Shown here piece by piece: positions 1 through 13,091 of a stretch of 31,351 bases of DNA (position 1 is the stretch's first letter; each line of letters opens with the position of its first letter). The DNA is taken from NCBI RefSeq assembly GCF_006345805.1, contig NW_021832311.1, positions 1 through 31,351 on the forward strand, read 5' to 3'. Under the pieces are notes generated by a model, which was not told the DNA's origin, searched no databases, and saw nothing but the letters and a program-made list of their open reading frames with translations. The translations under genes and the position numbers were made by a program. Source of the DNA: Octopus sinensis (Eukaryota).

Positions 1-403
1 GGCAGAAACGTTAGCACGCCGGGCGAAATGCGAGCCGTATTCGTGACCGCTGTTTACGTTATGAGTTCAAATTCCGCGAGGTCGACTTTGCCTTTCATCC
101 TTTCGGGGGTCGATAATTAAGTACCAGTTTACACATTGGGGTCGGTGTTGTAATCGCCTTAATCCGTTTGTCTGTTCTTGTTTGACCTCTGTGTTTAGCC
201 CCTTGTGGGTAGTAAAGAAATAGGTGTTTCATCTGCCGTTACGTTCTGAGTTCAAATTCCGCCGAGGTCGACTTTGCCTTTCATCCTTTCGGGGTCGATT
301 AATTAAGTACCAGTTACGCACTGGAGTTGATGTAATCGACTTAATCCGTTTGTCTGTCCTTGTTTGTCCCCTCTGTATTTGGCCCCTTGTGGGTAATAAT
401 AAA
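1..403 (+). mobile_element. SINE family B, tandem dimer (begins inside the head)
   Basis: A-box-like GGCAGAAACGTTAGC, B-box-like GAGTTCAAATTCC, body plus tail-2 repeated from position 223. Confidence 0.85.
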
Positions 404-454
404 CAAAATTCAATATATTGATGCATGGTCGCCTTGTGCGTGTGTTTAATGATT

Positions 455-700
455 GTCATTATTATCAGCTTTTAACGTTCGTCCTCCATGGATTCGATAG
501 CTTATCGGGATGTGACGATCCCAAAAACCACATCATACTCCAATGTCTGCTCAAGCTGGGTTTCTACAGCTGCAAGCCCTCACCTAACGTCAGCCACTTT
601 ACAATGTGTACCTAGAGCTTGGGTGGCGTGGGGGGTTATTTTTATCGCACCAGGACTGGTGAGGTTGCCATGCAGCTGCAAGATTAAAATTTCTTTTGAT
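455..700 (-). mobile_element. RTE-type 3' tail module fragment (family D)
   Basis: Reverse complement resembles the GTAAAGTGG..GGCGTTAGGAAGGGCATCCAGC..GTAGAAACC...GGACGTTAAA module also seen at 3499..3620 and ~7460..7703. Confidence 0.55.
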
Positions 701-892
701 TGAGTAGAGCTACAGTAGAGTTGGAGGAAATCCCTGATAAATATTTTAGAGTTACAATCAATATCAGTTATTCTTCTAGGTATACAGTCGTCCTCAAAAT
801 TATTCATATCCTTGTTAATTTTTGTGATTTTTTTAAAAAATTTTATTTGTGATGAACTGAATGAATTTTGTCAAGTTTGATTAGGAATTATA

Positions 893-1101
893 TACTCTTA
901 CTCTTTTACTTGTTTCAGTCATTTGACTGCGGCCATGCTGGAGCACCACCTTTAGTCGAGCAAATCGACCCCGAGACTTATTCTTTGTAAGCCCAGTACT
1001 TATTCTATCGGTCTCTTTTGCCGAACCGCTAAGTGACGGGGACGTAAACACACCAGCATCGGTTGTCAAGCCATGCTAGGGGGACAAACACAGACACAGA
1101 C

Positions 1102-1132
<31 letters not shown>

Positions 1133-1249
1133 CATATATACGACAGGATTCTTTCAGTTTCCGTCTACCAAATCCACTCACAAGGCATTGGTCGGCCCGG
1201 GGCTATAGCAGAAGACACTTGCCAAAGATGCCACGCAGTGGGACTGAAT
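893..1249 (-). mobile_element. SINE family A, 5'-truncated, nested in the Tc1
   Basis: Close match to full copies at 15357 and 19283, with internal (CA)n/(TA)n and TAAAAGAG tail. Confidence 0.9.
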
Positions 1250-1388
1250 AAGTGATCAATAAGTGAAAGAATAACAATACACAATTCAAGAAATTCTTCA
1301 TTTCAGGGGTATTTTATTCATGGATTTTCAAAAAATGCAATGTTCAAAATTATTCATACCCTAGACTTACCGAGTCCAATATCTTTCT

Positions 1389-2404
<1,016 letters not shown>

Positions 2405-2859
2405 GATGGTCAGAAACTGAGAATGACCAGAACACTTTTCCTCTATTTATACTCTTCTGAAAATAACTGTAGGACAAAGATATTCACAGGAAAAAAAAAA
2501 AAACTTTAGGCCATTTCTATTATTATGCAAATGAAGTTTCGCCAACTGACATGTGGATTTGTGCATAGTAACAAGTAGAGAAAAAATACACAGGCAGTAC
2601 CAAGATAAAAGCTTTTACAAATGAAGGATTTAAAAGAATGAGTTTCCATGGTGTATGAACAGTTTAGGGGACGACTGCATAGTCAGTAGATATTCTTATG
2701 ATCTCAGCTTAGGGAGTCTTTAGAATGCAGTTCTAGCTACGATAGGAAAATGCTTTCATCGGGAGAGTTCTTTGGTGATCGTGAAACTTACCCGACATTG
2801 AAAAGGGTCTTAAAGAAAAAAAAAATCGGTTGACTATACTACTAAGAAATATCAGTTTC

Positions 2860-3392
2860 AAATATTGGCACAAACCAGCAATTTCAGGAGCAGAATAAGT
2901 TGATTACATCAACTCCGAAAGGATGAAAGGTAAAGTCGACCACGGCAGAACTTGAACTCAGAACGTAACGGCAGACGAAATACCTGTTTCTTTACTACCC
3001 ACAAGAGGCTAAACACAGAGGGGACAAACAAGGACAGACAAAAGGATCAAGTCGATTAGATCGACCCCAGTACACAAATTGGTACTTAATTAATCGACCC
3101 CGAAAGGATGAAAGGCAAAGTCGACCTCGGCGGAATTTGAACTCAGAACGTAGCGGCAGACGAAATACCTGTTTCTTTACTACCCACAAGGGGCTAAACA
3201 CAGAGAGGACAAACAAGGACAGACAAACAGATTAAGTCGATTATATCGACCCCAGTGCGTAATTGGTACTTAATTAATCGACCCCGAAAGGATGAAAGGC
3301 AAAGTCGACCTCGGTGGAATTTGAACTCAGAACGTAGCGGCAGACGAAATACCGCTAAGCATTTCGCCCAGCGTGCTAACGTTTCTGTCAGC
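2860..3392 (-). mobile_element. SINE family B trimer
   Basis: One head, two ~184-185 bp tail-2 units (2985..3169, 3170..3353) and an older terminal unit. Confidence 0.88.
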
Positions 3393-3498
3393 TCGACGTC
3401 TTATATTACTAAGAATATTGCCTCATAATTTAAGCTTTGACTTAAATGAAATTAGGAATCACATCAAAAGATTTGTTTTTAAATATAGAAGACATCGT

Positions 3499-3620
3499 CA
3501 TCCTCGTTTAACGTCCGTATTCCTTGCCGGTATGGGTTGGACGGTTTGACATGATACGATAGATCCAAAGACTGCATTGTGTTCCAATGTCTGCTTTGGT
3601 ATGGTTTCTACGACTGGATA
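3499..3620 (-). mobile_element. RTE-type 3' tail fragment (family D)
   Basis: Reverse complement reads GTAGAAACCATACCAAAGCAGACATTGG...CAAACCGTCCAACCCAT...GGACGTTAAACGAGGATGACGATG. Confidence 0.65.
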
Positions 3621-3969
3621 AACCAACACCATCGTTCCACCAGTACTGATGAGTTCGCCATGCAACTAGTAAGACTACGAACGCCGAGGAAAAGGGGTTG
3701 GCTTCATACTCAGGGCGAAAGAGGGGCAGGGGAAAATTCTGGAGAGGAGTTGCATAGCTTCTCTCATTTAGGGGAGAGGGAGAGAGAGAAAATGAACAGC
3801 AGAATCTGCAACGAGATAGTGGCAATGAGGTGTCCAGGTGATCCCTGAAGGAACAAAGTGAATAGAAGAGTGATGGTGATGAGGAGGCACTTTTATTATC
3901 AATTTTTGATCGATCACTTTGAAATGAGACGGAGGAAATGCCCCAAAGCATTTTGCAATAATAACCTTT

Positions 3970-4155
3970 CTTATTAGTGACACAAGGCCTGAGATTTTGT
4001 GGGTAAGGGATAGATGATTACATCGACTCCAGTGTTCAACTGGCGCTTATTTTATCGACTCTGAAAAGATAAAAAAACATCGTCGACTTCGGCAGAATGC
4101 GAACTCAGAAAAGTAAAGCATTTTGTCCGACGTGCTAACGATTCTGCCAATCTCC
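3970..4155 (-). mobile_element. SINE family B, diverged tail-1 copy
   Basis: Degenerate match to the 14083..14297 copy. Confidence 0.7.
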
Positions 4156-4236
4156 ACATCCAGCTGTTTGAGTCACTATACCCATGAAGCGAAATGAATT
4201 CAACAACTAAAGCAATTACAATTTTTTTTCAATAAT

Positions 4237-4242
4237 TTTATT
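4237..4242 (-). terminator. Candidate polyadenylation signal AATAAA of the myophilin-like gene
   Basis: AATAAA ~390 nt after the stop, followed by a U/GU-rich stretch (TTGCTTTAGTTGTTG). An alternative ATTAAA lies at 4384..4389. Confidence 0.55.
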
Positions 4243-4628
4243 TTCAGTAAACAGGAATGTTAGACGTCATTTTTTTCTTGAATAAAGCTTGACACTTTGA
4301 CCAAGGTAATTCGTCAGTCCTCTTTGACTAATGAAGGAATTGCGGAGAATGGATACCAAAATGATTGAAATCAATATTTCAGATTTAATCAAGATGACTG
4401 AATTGCTTCCTTAAGGGGATTAAGTTTTAAATCCTTGCAGTCTCTACACCAAGCAGACTGGTATAAAAAGGTTAGCGTTTGATCGACGTCATCATACTAC
4501 AGATAGCAAATATGCTTTTATGGATCTCGATGGTATAACACGGTGACCAAACAGAACTGTGAACGGAAACATTTTTAAGTACAATTGAGCTTTTTTTATC
4601 TTACAAACCAAAACAGAATGAATGAAAT

Positions 4629-4805
4629 TTAATCAAGAATCTTGCGACTTTTTCCAAAACTCATTCCGGCTTGTGATGCTCCTTTGTTAGAGCCATACTG
4701 AAGACTTATGACACTATTTCCAGCATTCAGCTGTTCTTCTGTGAAGGTCCTGACATTAGCTTGAGATTCTTGTGGTCCAAAACCGATTTCTCCGTTTGCG
4801 CGAGC
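4629..4805 (-). CDS. Coding exon 4 (calponin repeat, stop codon)
   Basis: TTTTGTAG acceptor, calponin repeat ISLQYGSNKGASQAGMSFGKSRKI, TAA at 4631..4629. Confidence 0.96.
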   Translation of the reverse strand, partial: ARANGEIGFGPQESQANVRTFTEEQLNAGNSVISLQYGSNKGASQAGMSFGKSRKILD

Positions 4806-5014
4806 CTACAAAAGTGGAAAAAAATTATTAGTATTCGTATAAATCTGAAGATATTTAGCGCCAAAATATTTAGTTGTTCACGAGGAAACTATTCAAAACA
4901 ATTTCTAAATCAAAATGTCTATTTTCCCCTGAGCCCCATTATAACTTTTACAGAATAATTTATGCCCCACAGGTGGTTGGATAAAAACGAATTTTAAATA
5001 TTCTATTACAATTT

Positions 5015-5395
5015 GGTGTAGGAGTGGCTATGTGGTAAGTAGCTCGCTTACCAACCTCATGGTTCCGGGTTCAGTCTCACTGCGTGGCACATTGGTCAAG
5101 TGTCTTCTACTATAGCCTCGGACCGACCAAAGCCTTGTGAGTGGATTTGGTAAACAGAAACTGAAAGAAGCCCGTCGTATATATGTGTGTGTGTGTGTGT
5201 GTGTTTGTCCCCCCCCCCCAACATCGCTTGACAACCGATGCTGGTGTGTTTACGTCCCCGTAACTTAGCGGTTCGGCAAAAGAGACCGATATAATAAGTG
5301 CCAGGCTTACAAAGAATAAGTCTTGGGTCGATTTGCTCGACTAAAGGCGGTGCTCCAGCACGGCCACAGTCAAATGAGTGAAACAAGTAAAAGAG
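5015..5395 (+). mobile_element. SINE family A, full length (intron 3)
   Basis: tRNA-like head (GTGGCT.TGTGGT A-box, GGTTCAGTC B-box), CORE-like TTGG.CAAGTG segment, internal (TG)n, AAGTAAAAGAG tail. Confidence 0.9.
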
Positions 5396-5879
5396 TGTTT
5401 TATACAAAATAATCTACCAGTAACTCTTATTAAGTACCGAGTATCGACTTCTCATAATTATAAACTTTCCGTAAAGAAATATCCGCACTCGGACATCAGA
5501 ATAGCCCTGTTCTGTAGCAAACAGTCCTCACAGTCTGCTTGGCTGGAGGGACAGATTTGGTTAAGCTGAGTACAGGTGGATTAGGTTTGCTGTGAAAAGA
5601 TTTTCACAATTCCATGTCCCACTAAAAACGAAGAAAAAATGGACCCCATGCCCCACATTAGGAATCACTAATCTAAAAGTGGTTGCCATTTGTCATTGAA
5701 TCCCAGGTCAGACCTGGTTAGGGATTCCAGCCATGACCATCCCAGGTTTTTGTATATCTATAACAAAATTGTGTTTTCTATAAAAGATATTTAATATGAA
5801 GATTTAGTTATTCCTAGCAAATAGAGTGACTCCTTAGAGATCTCCTGCTAATCCATAGTGAAACTGTGATGCTATAGAA

Positions 5880-6026
5880 TAGGTACAGGCAACCTTTTTC
5901 GAGAAGCGGGCCGCATGAGACAGATCATCACCAGGCGGGCCGCACTACTAAAAAAATGTTCAAGATAAATTCAAGGTGGGTGTGCCATTCAGGAAGCCCT
6001 GGCGGACCGCGGTTTGCCCATAACTG
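5880..6026. mobile_element. Decayed hAT/Charlie-like MITE
   Basis: Degenerate TIRs GGCAACC...GCGGGCCGC and GCGGACCGCGGTTTGCCCATAACTG. No TSD visible. Confidence 0.4.
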
Positions 6027-6109
6027 AGATGGAACAAATAAAACAGATCATTTTTCAAACCTCGAGGCTACTTCATTGCAATCAATGACACTCAGTCATT
6101 TTATACATT

Positions 6110-6286
6110 TCCACAATACTTGAACAAGGCCAGCAATTTCGTGAGGGTGGGGGGTTATGTCGATTATATCGACCCAAGTGCTCAGCTGGTGCATATTTAT
6201 CGACCCCGAAAAAAAAAAAAAAAAAAAAAAAACGAAAAGTCGACCTTGGAAGAATTTGAACTCTGAGCATAAAGACGAACCAAATG
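6110..6286 (-). mobile_element. SINE family B partial copy with internal poly-A run
   Basis: GTCGATTATATCGACCC and AAGTCGACC...GAATTTGAACTC motifs. Confidence 0.7.
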
Positions 6287-6413
6287 CTTTCTGAGTTCTT
6301 TTATAGGGCTTAGAAAAACTGAAGGACTGCTGCAATAAATGTGTGAATCTGAAAGGGGAATATTTTGTGTTTTCTTTTACCCAAAGCCAGGAGCTTTTCA
6401 GCACACCCTTGAA
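6287..6413 (+). mobile_element. Mariner deletion-derivative 3' end
   Basis: Encodes GLEKLKDCCNKCVNLKGEY (mariner C-terminus) followed by TIR AAAGCCAGGAGCTTTTCAGCAC. Same family as 29789..30007. Confidence 0.7.
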
Positions 6414-6436
6414 TATAACATATCTATATACTTAAG

Positions 6437-6730
6437 AGTGGAGTCGCAGTGGCCCAATGGTTAGGGCAGCGGACTCGCGGTTGTAGGATCGCGGTTTCGA
6501 TTCCCAGACCGGGCGTTGTGAATGTTTATTGAGCGAAAACACCTAAAAGCTCCATGAGGCTCCAGCAGGGGGTGGTGATCCCTGATGTACTCTTTCACCA
6601 CTCTTTCTTCTGTTGGCCTGCTCGCTTAGCCAGCGGGGTGGCGTCATTCGAAGGCTAAAACAATGCGAATGCATTGTGACCAGCGATGTGTAACTACATC
6701 TGATGGACTGGTCGGTCACGTGATCACGTG
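6437..6730 (+). mobile_element. SINE family C, tail type 1
   Basis: tRNA-like head (AGTGGCCCAATGG, GGTTTCGATTCC) and 11-bp TSD ATATACTTAAG (6426..6436, 6731..6741). Confidence 0.88.
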
Positions 6731-6860
6731 ATATACTTAAGTACCTATACGTATATAAAACAGACATATCTATCTATGTATGCACGCGCGTGTGTGTGTG
6801 TGTGTGTAACGCATTTACATACACACACCATAATGTTTCCATCAATAGAGTGTGACCTAC

Positions 6861-7074
6861 CTTTCGGCCTAAACCTTGTAAACAAACAACAACTTGGTTA
6901 AGATTTTGTGCTTCGGTAAGATCAATTGTTGCAAATAGCTCGTGGTCTGGCACACCATAGGTTTTTATCTTTGAAAGGAACATTTCTATCAATTCCATTT
7001 TCTTAAACGTCATCGTTGGTCGTTTTGAAAGTTTGTTCGAGCTGATACAACCAGGGTTCAATACACTGATGAGT
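6861..7074 (-). CDS. Coding exon 3 (CH domain core)
   Basis: TTTGTAG acceptor, LISVLNPG...FKKMELIEMFL...YGVP...LFATIDL.E..NL.QV..CL..LGRK, donor AAG|GTAGGT. Lies inside track ORF 6774..7232. Confidence 0.96.
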
Positions 7075-7199
7075 CTACAAATAAAAAATGATACAAATAT
7101 AAAGTAAAGCAGCTTCTCCGGGAAAGATGGGACAATATTTGAAATTGTTTTTGTTCGTATCACGTAAAAATAGATGAAAAAATATGTTTTGAATATATT

Positions 7200-7703
7200 G
7201 GTTGTGGGGTAAGAAGTTTGCTTCCCAACCATATGATCTCGGGTTCGGTCCCACAGTATGGCTCTTTGGGCAAGTGTCTTCTACTATTGCCTCTGGTCAA
7301 CTAAAGGCTTCTGAGTGAATCTGGTACACGGAACCAAAGAATCCCGTCGCGTGCGTCACCACAATCTTTATCTCTTTCAAGTTCCACTCCAATTACTCAC
7401 ACTCATCTGATACAGGCTAGCTCTATAACCTTCGCTCTCTACAACACTCACTCAGTCAGTCGAGAGGTTTGTTAGTCTTGCGAGTTACATGATGACCTCA
7501 CTAGTGCTATAACCTCGAAAAAAAAAAAAAAAAAGTCACCAAGGACACTTTGTAAACTGGCTGATATTAAGGGGGATTCAGCATCAATCAAAAACTATGC
7601 CAAAAATTGAGACACGGGATCAAAACAGTCCCTTGATCCTTCGGAATTTGTTAATCCGTTCAGTCAATGCCAACGTAGAAGGCAGACGTTAAATAATAAT
7701 GAC
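7200..7703 (+). mobile_element. Old SINE with family-A-like head and RTE-type (family D) tail
   Basis: Head 7200..7350 resembles SINE A; 7460..7703 resembles the family D tail ending GACGTTAAATAATAATGA. Confidence 0.6.
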
Positions 7704-8281
7704 GTGTCTCACGTGTATAACCGTTAGAACAGGAGAGGAATAAAAGAATTTAAACTCCCTTCAATTATTCATTTGAGTCTTAACATCATTTGGATCCTTG
7801 AAATTCGGTTGTGACTAGGAGCCTCATGACGTAATCTGATATAATCTAATTCGGCACTCAATGCCAAATTCTGCTTCATCTCTAATTCAAAAGATTACAT
7901 TAAAATCTATGAGTAATCTCTTTCACAAAGACATAAAAACAATTGTTGGTCGGCTAATGGTTATGGATTAGCTTGTTTACTTCGTATACAGTCTCGTTTA
8001 TCACTGATTCGTTGTCACAGATGCGAGTTAACGCGGTACGATCAATTGTGATCTATGTTACGCTTAACACGAATTGATCCGGGATAACACGGGTCAACAA
8101 TCAGTCAAAGATTTAGTTTGTTATAAATTGCTTCTGTCCACTTCCTTAACTTGGCAGGATTTTTCCAGCAGTCGCTTCTAACCGTGTTAACAAACCTGCA
8201 TCGAGCTGCAAGTCACGGAATAAGTCTTTCCTTGGACATTATCTGCTGGAAATACCATTTTGAAACGTTGTACATGTGTGA

Positions 8282-8326
<45 letters not shown>

Positions 8327-8504
8327 AATACTTAATCCACTCCCTCCAAGCATCAGTGAATGTGGAATCATTCACAGTGCAAAATATGTATTCCGTTTCA
8401 TTAATGTTATCACTTGAAGATTTCATCTCTTTTCACAATTTATTTTCATTTCTCTCGCATCCTAAAACAAGATTTAATGCACACACGCCTAAACGAATAC
8501 AGAC

Positions 8505-8655
8505 GCATACACAACGGGCTTCTACAGTTTCCAGCTCCCGTATTCCACTCACAAAGTATCAGTCAGGCCAAAGCTATAGCAGAACACACTCGCCAAATGT
8601 GACGCTCAGTTGGACTGGACCCCGAACTAGGCAGTTGAAAAGCAAGCATTAACCA
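8505..8655 (-). mobile_element. SINE family A head, decayed
   Basis: ACGGGCTTCT.CAGTTTCC...TCCACTCACAA...GCTATAGCAGAA.ACACT motifs. Confidence 0.6.
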
Positions 8656-8914
8656 AAAATCCATCGTTGCAACCAACTACGGCGCTACGTTTTAGATTCG
8701 CTCTGCAGACCCGCTTTGAGAAATCACAACGAACTTGGGTTCTATAGAATACGAATGAAGTGGTCAGCTTTATGTTCCATCGAGGAGTTAAATGTGATCG
8801 AATGATATATTGATTCTAAAGTTTAGCTGCAAGAAAGAAAACACTGCAAACGCGAACGTTTGACTGAATGAAAATAAAAAAAAGAGAGAACAGAGCTGAA
8901 GACAATACACTTAC

Positions 8915-9066
8915 TTAGCTAGAAGGTATCCATCAGAGAGTACACTTTCAAAGTTCGCGCGATTACCAGAAACGTCAAATTCTTGAGGGTCACCATGTTT
9001 TTCTAAAACATCATGAATCCACTGAAGACCTTCTGATGCTAACGCTTCATCGTACTTTGAATCCAC
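8915..9066 (-). CDS. Coding exon 2 (start of CH domain)
   Basis: Poly-T tract and TAG acceptor, KYD...L.WI...NF..VL.DG.LL motif, donor AA|GTAAGT (phase 2). Confidence 0.95.
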
Positions 9067-9405
9067 CTAAAAAAAAAAAAAAAAAAAGGTAATTAAAAAT
9101 AAGTTATTATCGTATTTCCTTTTCCCCGCCTAATACATGTGATATCAGCAGCTTCAGTCATTAAAGCTAAAAATAAAAAAAAAGTAGATATGTTTAAGCC
9201 CCAAGAACACGTGTTGCTCGTCTAACGATATTAATGCCAAAAGTGCAACCAATTTTCAGTGAGAATTTACTGTAACACTGACGCTCCTTAGTAACTTTAA
9301 ACTAAATATTCCACTGGCATCTCAATCGTTTGAAGGCTCTCCCTTCCTACCAGCAGCGTAGTAAGAGCTCTCAGTACACTAAGGTGGGGCAAATATACAT
9401 ATAGT

Positions 9406-9757
9406 GTGGAGGCGCAATGGCCCATTGGTTAGGGCAGCGGTTTCGATTCCCAGGCCGGGCGTTGTGAGTGTTTATTGAGCGAAAACACCTAAAGCTCCAC
9501 GAGGCTCTGACAGGGGATGGTGGTGAACCCTGCTGTACTCTTTCACCACAACTTTCTCTCACTCTCTGTTTCTGCTGTACCTGTATTTCAAAAGGCCAGC
9601 CTTGTCACACACTGTGTCACGCCGAATCTCCCCGAGAACTACGTTAAGGGTACACGTGTCTGTGGAGTGCTCAGCCACTCGTACGTTAATTTCAGGAGCA
9701 GGCTGTTCCGTTCGTCGGATCAACTGGAACCCTCGTCGTAACCGACGGAGTGCCAAC
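9406..9757 (+). mobile_element. SINE family C, tail type 2
   Basis: 5' ~150 nt shared with the 6437 copy. Different 3' tail ending GATCAACTGGAACCCTCGTCGTAACCGACGGAGTGCC. Confidence 0.85.
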
Positions 9758-10317
9758 ATAGATATAGTCCCCATCCTGCCCTAGCAGACACGATAGCTTA
9801 TAGTGAGGAGGAATTTTGCGCCTCTTAATATCTCCATTCAAGACCCAACTCCTCTCCTCCCCCTCTTGCTTCTAGCTGTGCCTCTGCTGCTTCCAACTAT
9901 CGTCTTTCGAGACATTGTCGTGAAAGCCTGAGGAAGATTCTCACCCAACAAGAAAACAAATCATAACCAGACAAATAATTGTATTCACTAATCTAAAATA
10001 GTGAGCTTTCTTTTCAACATCATAGTATATTACCAACGGTAGAATCAATAGTACTATAAACTTTTGTACACTTAGTTACGTCCCTTTGAGTTTTGCACTC
10101 ATGTCCTCCTCCTCCTACCACCATCACCGCTGCCACCGAGATTGACTTAACCTTGTATTGTTCAGAGGCCAATAAATTTCAACGAATCTTACCGAGGATT
10201 TATCACTCCCTTTATAAAAAAATTTGATTTTGTATCAATGTTAGACACAAATAGTGCAAAGAAATCTATTCTTAAATAATAATATATATTATATAATATA
10301 TATATATATATATATAT

Positions 10318-10520
10318 TTAACCTTTTAGCATTTAAACAGGTCATACCAGGCCCAAATATTCTGTTTCATGTTCAAAATAGCCAGATCTGGACCTTTCTC
10401 ACCTACCCTCAAATGTCATTCGAAAAATAATTACATCATCGAAATGCATGGATAATTCAGAACAATGTGGATGAATAATTTTAACATTTGATGGAGTAAT
10501 CTGAATGCTCACAGGTTGAA
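10318..10520. mobile_element. piggyBac-like MITE
   Basis: TTAA|CCTTTTAGCATT ... AATGCTCACAGG|TTGAA: degenerate TIRs and TTAA-type TSD. Confidence 0.6.
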
Positions 10521-10593
10521 TTTCAAGATACACATTCGGGAATAATGCAAGTGCCAATTTTCAAATTGAAACTGAACTAGTTTTTATACAATG

Positions 10594-10597
<4 letters not shown>

Positions 10598-10652
<55 letters not shown>

Positions 10653-10657
10653 TATAT
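10598..10657. repeat. (TA)n microsatellite
   Basis: Direct reading. Others lie near 10280..10317, 11024..11092, 13025..13089, 30070..30177, 30281..30300 and 30575..30602. Confidence 0.95.
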
Positions 10658-11026
10658 ACTAGCAGAATAGCCCAGCGTTGCTCGGGCTTGTTTTCTTTTC
10701 GACCATTTAGAATTGGAATTTTTGAAAAGTAAAAATTGTCACTCTCTTTAAGTGAACATTTTTCTGGTTGAAATACACCGAAAAATGAGGACACAGCAGT
10801 AAAAAAAAATCGTAAAAGAATAGGAATTTTCATAGAAAAAAGGCACCTTGATGTAAATAATGTTTGGTGTTAACATGGTCCGATTTGATTTTTTTTTCTT
10901 TTACGGAAGGAGGAGCAAACCTTCTATCATACTCTCAATTTTGGTCAACTCGCGCCGCAGGGTCCCGGAGGAGATAGTGTTAGTTGAAGGCTACCAAACC
11001 TGCCACACACAGACAACTTCAGCTTT
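10658..11026 (+). mobile_element. Non-autonomous Helitron/Helentron-like element in a (TA)n tract
   Basis: Starts ACTAGCAGAATAGCCCAGCGTTGCTCGGG, ends CACACACAGACAACTTCAGCTTT, (TA)n on both sides, no TIR. Classification rests on end-motif resemblance only. Confidence 0.4.
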
Positions 11027-11036
11027 ATATATATAA

Positions 11037-11092
<56 letters not shown>

Positions 11093-11299
11093 AATCGATT
11101 TAAAAAAATAAAGTGACTATGACGCCAGCTTGACAGGTTGTTCTAAATTTATTTATTCTCATCGGCTGTTATGAATTATTCGCAAGTATTAAGTTGCTCA
11201 CACGACCTATTCATAAAGTTTATCTTGATTGTTAAAGACAAGCCCAACTTATAAACAAGACATTAGTCGCAATGTTAAACATCAGCTAACTTGCACATT

Positions 11300-11985
11300 C
11301 CTTTCCTTTTAAGGAAAGGCTATAACAAAAAATTGTTTGTCATAGCAATGGCTGACGAGTCAACAGTGAAATTTTCGCCGGACTGCGACATCAAATAAGA
11401 AAAAAAAAAAGACTATGTAACTGTTGGCAGCTGATACTTTATGACGTCAGCATAGGTCAAGGGTAGGCTGTCAACAGCTGGAACAGCCAATGTCTTGATA
11501 CATATCTTAAATGTGAAGAAGTTTCAAGAAGGACGGTATTACATTTTGTCTTGCTGACGCCAGAGTCATTTTAGTCCATTCAAGATGTTTTACATGATTA
11601 TAAATCAGCCCTGTATTTGATTCGTACATTAATAGACTTGACCCCGGAAATTTGAAAAGAAGCGTTGAAGTGTGTAATGTAGTGCTTAGTGGTAGTTAAT
11701 TACAACTTCTTTTATTACGAGTTCAAACATCAGCAAGGTCAACTTTACCATTCATCTTTCAGAGGACTGGGTTAGTAAAATAAAGTAGCAGTCAGATACG
11801 AGATAGAGATATATAATTCCTTTTTAGGAAATTTGAGTACGAATTCCATGGGCAGCCCTCAACTTTTTCGAGCCAAGGAGTGTTTTAACCCAATATCATT
11901 TATAGCTTTATCTACTTCGAGGTCCACCTTTCAAAGGAAGGTTATTTCATGTTCTCCCGAAGTTTACAAATTCTTATGACGTCAG
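11300..11985. promoter_or_regulatory. Candidate intron-1 enhancer (CArG, E-box, CRE)
   Basis: CArG at 11305..11314 and 11819..11828; CAGCTG at 11428 and 11475; TGACGTCA at 11442 and 11977. No recognisable TE in the stretch. Confidence 0.45.
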
Positions 11986-13042
11986 TGTGCGTGTGTTTCT
12001 ATAATGCAGTCTAGATGTGAATGGAAATATAATCAAAAACTTAGATATGATGTAATAAAGAAATTTTTTTTTTTTACATTTAAAATAATTCGGCATCAGA
12101 CTGGAGCTAAATACAAAATACTTGAAGCTTTTTGCATGAAAAGAAAAGCCAAGAGAGTGATGGAGCTTCCTTGATAATATCACCCATTGCTTTTACCATA
12201 ATTTCATTACGAGACTGTACCCCTCCCCTCCATCCTCAAGACAAAGAATTATTCCAAAATTGATTGCCCAGAAAGAATAACGTCGTTTAGAAACGAAAAG
12301 TTCGTATTTCGGTGTGTGTCAGCGATTCGAAAGTTTGAGAGGACTTGTACAATTCTGCAAATGATTTTTTAAAATTTTATTGGTGGAGATGTTGACTGAC
12401 AAGAACCAATCAGAATCATGAAAATAGACTCGTAGCAATTCGGAGAACAGGGATAAAAAAATATATATGGTTTTAACGGTTGAGATGCAACAGCCAAGAA
12501 TAAATGGCTGGAAGAATCCAAGAAGCTCAAATGTTATCTGTGAGATAACTACAGAATATGAAGAGAGAATTTTGGGCATCTTTATTTTCTCCATGCTAGA
12601 TTCATTTGACAACTTTTAGTTTAGAAATGAAAACACTTAAACCGACAACGTCGTTATAAACCGGCACGTAGTTATAACTTATATCGGTCATTTTTAGTTC
12701 CAAATTACAGCTGTCACAGATGTTCTTAGGCAAGGCCATTAAGTTATGCTTTTCATCAGAGATCGATCGTTAGTCATAATTAAAAAAAAAAAAAAATCAA
12801 TGTTGCTGATATTTGCCGGATGTTTGTAGCTAAAATCGAACAAGAGATTGATGGATAGGTAGATAGCTAATTTAAAGCGGGGGTGTTTTAATGTGCTTCT
12901 ATTTCCCAATGGTAAAAGCAGCGTAAAGAAAATTAGTTTTCCACCCTCAAAACCACTTAGCCGACACGACTGTACGGAAAGGTCTCTTCGCCACCCCACC
13001 CCCCGAGATTTATTTGGTACATGACAAGAATGTTGCCTGGCT

Positions 13043-13091
<49 letters not shown>

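Noticed and set aside
785-1361. Sleeping Beauty-type long IR/DR ends for the Tc1
   Set aside because: Only the outer ~27 bp match between the two ends; the subterminal ~200 bp are not inverted copies.
3646-3690. Hammerhead ribozyme at CTGATGA
   Set aside because: A GTTCG/CGAAC stem is possible but it is not followed by GAAA, and stems I and III are not evident.
3508-3951. 147-aa minus-strand ORF
   Set aside because: No recognisable domain. It overlaps a repeat tail and purine-rich sequence.
6437-6510. tRNA gene (also the SINE A and B heads)
   Set aside because: A/B boxes are present but there is no complete cloverleaf, and each head continues into a SINE body with a TSD.
6774-7232. 152-aa ORF as a standalone gene
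   Set aside because: Only 6861..7074 is coding. The rest is intron and SINE sequence, with splice sites bounding the exon.
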